Source: an uncultured virus (IMG/VR IMGVR_UViG_3300046692_000582) (taxonomy: Duplodnaviria > Heunggongvirae > Uroviricota > Caudoviricetes). From it: 20,000 nucleotides of DNA. Shown piece by piece: positions 17,017 to 20,000 of the stretch (position 1 is its first letter; each line of letters begins with the position of its first letter). Location: IMG/VR virus record IMGVR_UViG_3300046692_000582; one strand, 5' to 3'. The translations under genes and the position numbers were made by a program. The notes beneath the pieces are model-generated. The model had not been told where the DNA came from, ran no database searches, and saw only the letters and a list, made by a program, of their open reading frames with translations.

Positions 17017-17613
17017 ATGAATGAACACCTTGAGAGGGCAGTCATTTTGAGTAAACACAAAAAATTTCGTGAGCAGTTGGACACCTATTTGTCAGAGAAT
17101 GAGGTGGCGAACGGGGAAGAACTTCAAACTTTTCTGGCCAGTGGCGAAGATTTGTACTCACGACAGAATCAGTGGGGGCACCTCACTGGATCAGCCTGGA
17201 TCGTCAATCACAGTCTCACACGCGTACTACTGATCCTGCACGGAAAATACAATCGGTGGGTGGCACCCGGAGGACATGTTGATGCTGGAGAAACGCCGTT
17301 TGAGGCGGCGGTCAGGGAAACGGCAGAAGAAGTTGGGATCAGAAGCAGGCTGGCCAAATCATACATCTTTGATCTCGATGTCCATGGCATTCCTCATTCA
17401 GAAAAGAAGAATGAGCCACCCCATTGGCATACCGATCTGCGTTTTATCATGTTTGTGAGTGATCGCGTGACCATCAGGCTTGATGAAAATGAATGCGCTG
17501 GGGTGCAATGGTTTGAGATTGACGCCCTACTGGTCAACGACGATGCCAATCTTAAGCGCATGGCTCAGAAGACTGTCGCCATACGCAATGCGCTGAAGAT
17601 CGTTACTATCTAA
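17017..17613 (+). CDS. Nudix hydrolase (198 aa)
   Basis: Nudix box GGHVDAGETPFEAAVRETAEEVG; also GHLTGSAW and HWHTDLRF. Confidence 0.92.
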   Translation: MNEHLERAVILSKHKKFREQLDTYLSENEVANGEELQTFLASGEDLYSRQNQWGHLTGSAWIVNHSLTRVLLILHGKYNRWVAPGGHVDAGETPFEAAVRETAEEVGIRSRLAKSYIFDLDVHGIPHSEKKNEPPHWHTDLRFIMFVSDRVTIRLDENECAGVQWFEIDALLVNDDANLKRMAQKTVAIRNALKIVTI

Positions 17614-17627
17614 AAAGCTGTGGCCCT

Positions 17628-18038
17628 TCATCTAGCAGCTTCAAGATCGAAGGGCTTCAGGCTCATAACCTGCACAAATCCGAACATCATGCCCCAGATG
17701 AAAAATAGGGTTGCTGAGAGCAGTAGGTTTGAGTAGCTGTTAGCCAAATACCCGAAATACAACGCCGTCCCAATTGGCAGCGACAGAAAGTAGCCCCAGT
17801 ATGACGCCTTCCGCATCCGTGGAAATGGCCGCACTTGCCCAACCATGTTGGCCAGGATCACCAAGACGGTGAACATCAGCGAAGCCGACGCCCAAATCAC
17901 GACGTGCGGAATGACGCTGTCCACATGCTGACCGATCCACATCACTGCATCTATCACGGGCGGCACTATCAGAAACATCAGTCTGAACAAACCGTAAATG
18001 CCAACCGCGATCAAGATCGCGAACATAAGCCAGTTCAT
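17628..18038 (-). CDS. integral membrane protein, ~4 TM (136 aa)
   Basis: GGAGG RBS, ATGA overlap, hydrophobic segments. Confidence 0.75.
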   Translation of the reverse strand: MNWLMFAILIAVGIYGLFRLMFLIVPPVIDAVMWIGQHVDSVIPHVVIWASASLMFTVLVILANMVGQVRPFPRMRKASYWGYFLSLPIGTALYFGYLANSYSNLLLSATLFFIWGMMFGFVQVMSLKPFDLEAAR

Positions 18039-18502
18039 GCTTTGCCTCCCGCATATCCTTTGTCCACTCTTTCCCGATAATCAATGAACATCGGGGCAAA
18101 CCAGAGCATGATCCACAGAAGGCCGTAGATCATGCCCGACAGCCCATGGCGAGGATAGAGTTGATGTTCCAGCAAGGTCAAAGCGAAGCACGCCGCCGAA
18201 CCGACATAGGAGGCGCAATTTGTAAAGTGATAGAACTTCTGGTACTCGGTGTTTTTGGCGTTCTTGCTGGCGATCAGTAGGAAGGCGCTAATGAAAAATG
18301 CAATTGGCGTAACGAGAGGCACGTTGATCACGTCGCCAATTTTGATTGCCAGCGCCTCAAGGGAGGCAACCAGGAGTGAGTAGCCTTGGTCGCGAACCCA
18401 TAGCAGCAACATCAGCATAGCGAGCAGCGCAATGGCGATCAGCAAGCTTTTGAGTGTAATACTCAGTGGCGTTGGCTTTGGCCCGGATTTAAACCAATTC
18501 AT
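18035..18502 (-). CDS. integral membrane protein, ~4 TM (155 aa)
   Basis: GAGGG RBS, ATG 18502, hydrophobic segments. Confidence 0.75.
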   Translation of the reverse strand: MNWFKSGPKPTPLSITLKSLLIAIALLAMLMLLLWVRDQGYSLLVASLEALAIKIGDVINVPLVTPIAFFISAFLLIASKNAKNTEYQKFYHFTNCASYVGSAACFALTLLEHQLYPRHGLSGMIYGLLWIMLWFAPMFIDYRERVDKGYAGGKA

Positions 18503-18504
18503 TG

Positions 18505-19263
18505 TCAACCCTCTTGCTTCATGTAATCGCTGTATTTGATGGAAGTCTTGATGATAACGGCTTGAAGGAAGCCATCTTCACTTTCCAGGCGAACGACGTC
18601 AGTAACGAGCCCCTTGAACACGGATTCTTGCAAGTCCTCAACAAGACGCCATGCCTCGCAGTGGGAGTTGCTACTCACGGTGTCGGCAATGTCGATTACC
18701 AGATTCACTGTGTCAGTGGCTGTAACGCCCACGGCAGGTGCTTGGTAAATCACACTCCGGCCATTGGGTCGGTCAATGGCAATCGGCTTACCCGAATCGG
18801 GAGAGGCGACTACGCCAAACTGCATGCGTGTAGCCCTGTAGAGGAACATGTTCAGTCTGCGTTTGTTCCAGACCCAGTAGTCAACATGAAAGATCTCTTT
18901 ATGAACCCTGGAACAAAAAATTGCATCCAGATTGAAATCGCCGCTGACGGGCAACTCAAACAACTCATCACTCTGAGCGATCAGTTTGTATTGAGTCCCG
19001 GCTGTCGCCTGTGCGACCAGATCGTTGATAAATTCGCTGCGAAAACGATCATCACGCGGGCGGCTTTCTGGTGTTGAGAGCACCGGATCGGTGATCTGTG
19101 CGCCGAATGCCTTGAAGCAGGTGTAGTGCTGCAATTCGACATGAGCCAGGGCATCTTCAAGCGCCTGAGCCATCACGATGTATTCGTGCGTCACCAACAT
19201 GTCAGGTCGACCATGAGGCATGGGTCGTGCGGGCTGGGCGATGATAATTTTAAAGGGGCTCAT
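18505..19263 (-). CDS. hypothetical protein (252 aa)
   Basis: Long ORF with AAGG RBS and its own promoter. Confidence 0.8.
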   Translation of the reverse strand: MSPFKIIIAQPARPMPHGRPDMLVTHEYIVMAQALEDALAHVELQHYTCFKAFGAQITDPVLSTPESRPRDDRFRSEFINDLVAQATAGTQYKLIAQSDELFELPVSGDFNLDAIFCSRVHKEIFHVDYWVWNKRRLNMFLYRATRMQFGVVASPDSGKPIAIDRPNGRSVIYQAPAVGVTATDTVNLVIDIADTVSSNSHCEAWRLVEDLQESVFKGLVTDVVRLESEDGFLQAVIIKTSIKYSDYMKQEG

Positions 19264-19285
19264 AACCGACCTTGGTTGCCGTTGT

Positions 19286-19325
19286 TTGATGAGATGATCA
19301 TAGTAAGCAGCATATTAAATGTCAA
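19286..19325 (-). promoter_or_regulatory. sigma70 promoter, CATCAA class
   Basis: TTGACA (19325-19320), 17 bp, TATGAT (19302-19297), 5 bp, CATCAA. Confidence 0.8.
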
Positions 19326-19347
19326 TGACAAAAACCATTTATTGGAT

Positions 19348-19377
19348 TTGACAAAATCGTCTAGATGCATATATTAT
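19348..19377 (+). promoter_or_regulatory. sigma70 promoter of the candidate ncRNA
   Basis: TTGACA (19348-19353), 18 bp, TATTAT (19372-19377); predicted start site near G19384. Confidence 0.75.
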
Positions 19378-19383
19378 GTGAAT

Positions 19384-19714
19384 GTCAGTGGCGGTGGCTG
19401 CTGAGATCCATCGCATCAAGTGATGCGGCGCAGACAGCATGCGAAAGCATACGGCGCATGTGCGGGAATGCTGCTACCCGTGCTTCTCCTGGGAAAATGC
19501 CTCTGGCCGGGAGTGACTGAAGAGGTTGCCTTATTCCTGAGAGATCGGGCGCGGCTAACGCCGTCAAGGCGCGTGGGAGTATCGGCTCCTCGATGTGGAT
19601 ATGCGGTATTCCACACTGTAAAACACACCGCCGAGACTGAGCGCAGGCCAGGGATGCCTGTAGTGCGTTCTTTCTAGTCCTAAAAGCCCGACTTCTTTGA
19701 GGTCGGGCTTTTTT
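19384..19714 (+). ncRNA. candidate large structured noncoding RNA of unrecognised family
   Basis: Bounded by a promoter and a terminator; 12-bp long-range closing helix; many short hairpins with GAAA, GAGA and UAAC loops; no credible ORF. Confidence 0.72.
19682..19714. terminator. bidirectional intrinsic terminator
   Basis: AAAAGCCCGACTTC-TTT-GAGGTCGGGCTTTTTT; the stronger U-tract is on the plus strand. Confidence 0.9.
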
Positions 19715-19727
19715 CATTTGGAGCGCG

Positions 19728-20000
19728 CTACTCGACTGACAGCTCTTCAATTACCGCACGGTACAGTCGTCGTTGTTCAGTGGTCATTTTGTCAAAGCCG
19801 CAATCCCGGTAGCCGGAATGAATCCAGGCGTGGTGTACGAGGTCTTTAAGACCTGCGGTCTCCGCTTCGTAGCGCTCATCATTGGCCAGGGTATTGGCTG
19901 CGTTCGCCACGGTGCGCATGCTAGCTCTCAGTTCATCATTCAGGCAGGTTTGCGTGTCAGCGGCTTGCTGCACCATGTCTGCGGCTTTTTGAAGCGTCAT
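19728..20000 (-). CDS. hypothetical protein (at least 90 aa; may extend beyond the window)
   Basis: ORF ends just before the terminator; ATG falls exactly at the window edge. Confidence 0.7.
   Translation of the reverse strand: MTLQKAADMVQQAADTQTCLNDELRASMRTVANAANTLANDERYEAETAGLKDLVHHAWIHSGYRDCGFDKMTTEQRRLYRAVIEELSVE

Noticed and set aside
19615..19623. ACTGTAAAA resembling a tRNA-Tyr anticodon loop
   Set aside because: No flanking anticodon stem, T-loop or cloverleaf.
19451..19680. Group I intron-like words in the candidate ncRNA: TGCGGGAA (P), CCCGTGC (Q), GAGACTG/TAGTCC (P7-like) and GCGC/GCGC (P3-like)
   Set aside because: J8/7 reads TCTTTC rather than AAGATA-like, the conserved J6/7 A is C, P5 and P6 cannot be formed properly, there is no host gene, and the same bases pair better with the RNA 5' end. 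A cmsearch with group I models would settle it.
19385..19750. ORFs 19385-19750(-), 19416-19628(-) and 19420-19677(+)
   Set aside because: No convincing RBS, atypical Arg/Ala/Cys-rich composition, and one runs through the terminator; RNA structure explains the region better.

Overview
A gene-dense accessory region of roughly 50% GC, mostly minus-strand, that looks like part of a large proteobacterial plasmid or phage (inference; no host marker is present). Recognisable genes: a TOTE-type archaeo-eukaryotic primase N-terminus running off the left edge (1-870, absent from the ORF track), a protein with a C-terminal LexA-type winged HTH, a MoxR-like AAA+ ATPase paired with a DUF2201 HExxH/VWA protein, and a Nudix hydrolase. 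About 30 further ORFs are hypothetical, and several form local paralog families. The most striking signal is a ~330-nt, highly structured candidate ncRNA (19384-19714) with its own sigma70 promoter and terminator, a long-range closing helix, GNRA/UAAC tetraloops and a possible pseudoknot. Also notable are a family of near-consensus promoters sharing a CATCAA motif at the predicted start site, a TGTCA-N7-TGACA-like element over several -35 boxes, and a 'WR..W(I/V)(L/M)GE..F(D/E)DL..G' domain present four times in three genes.
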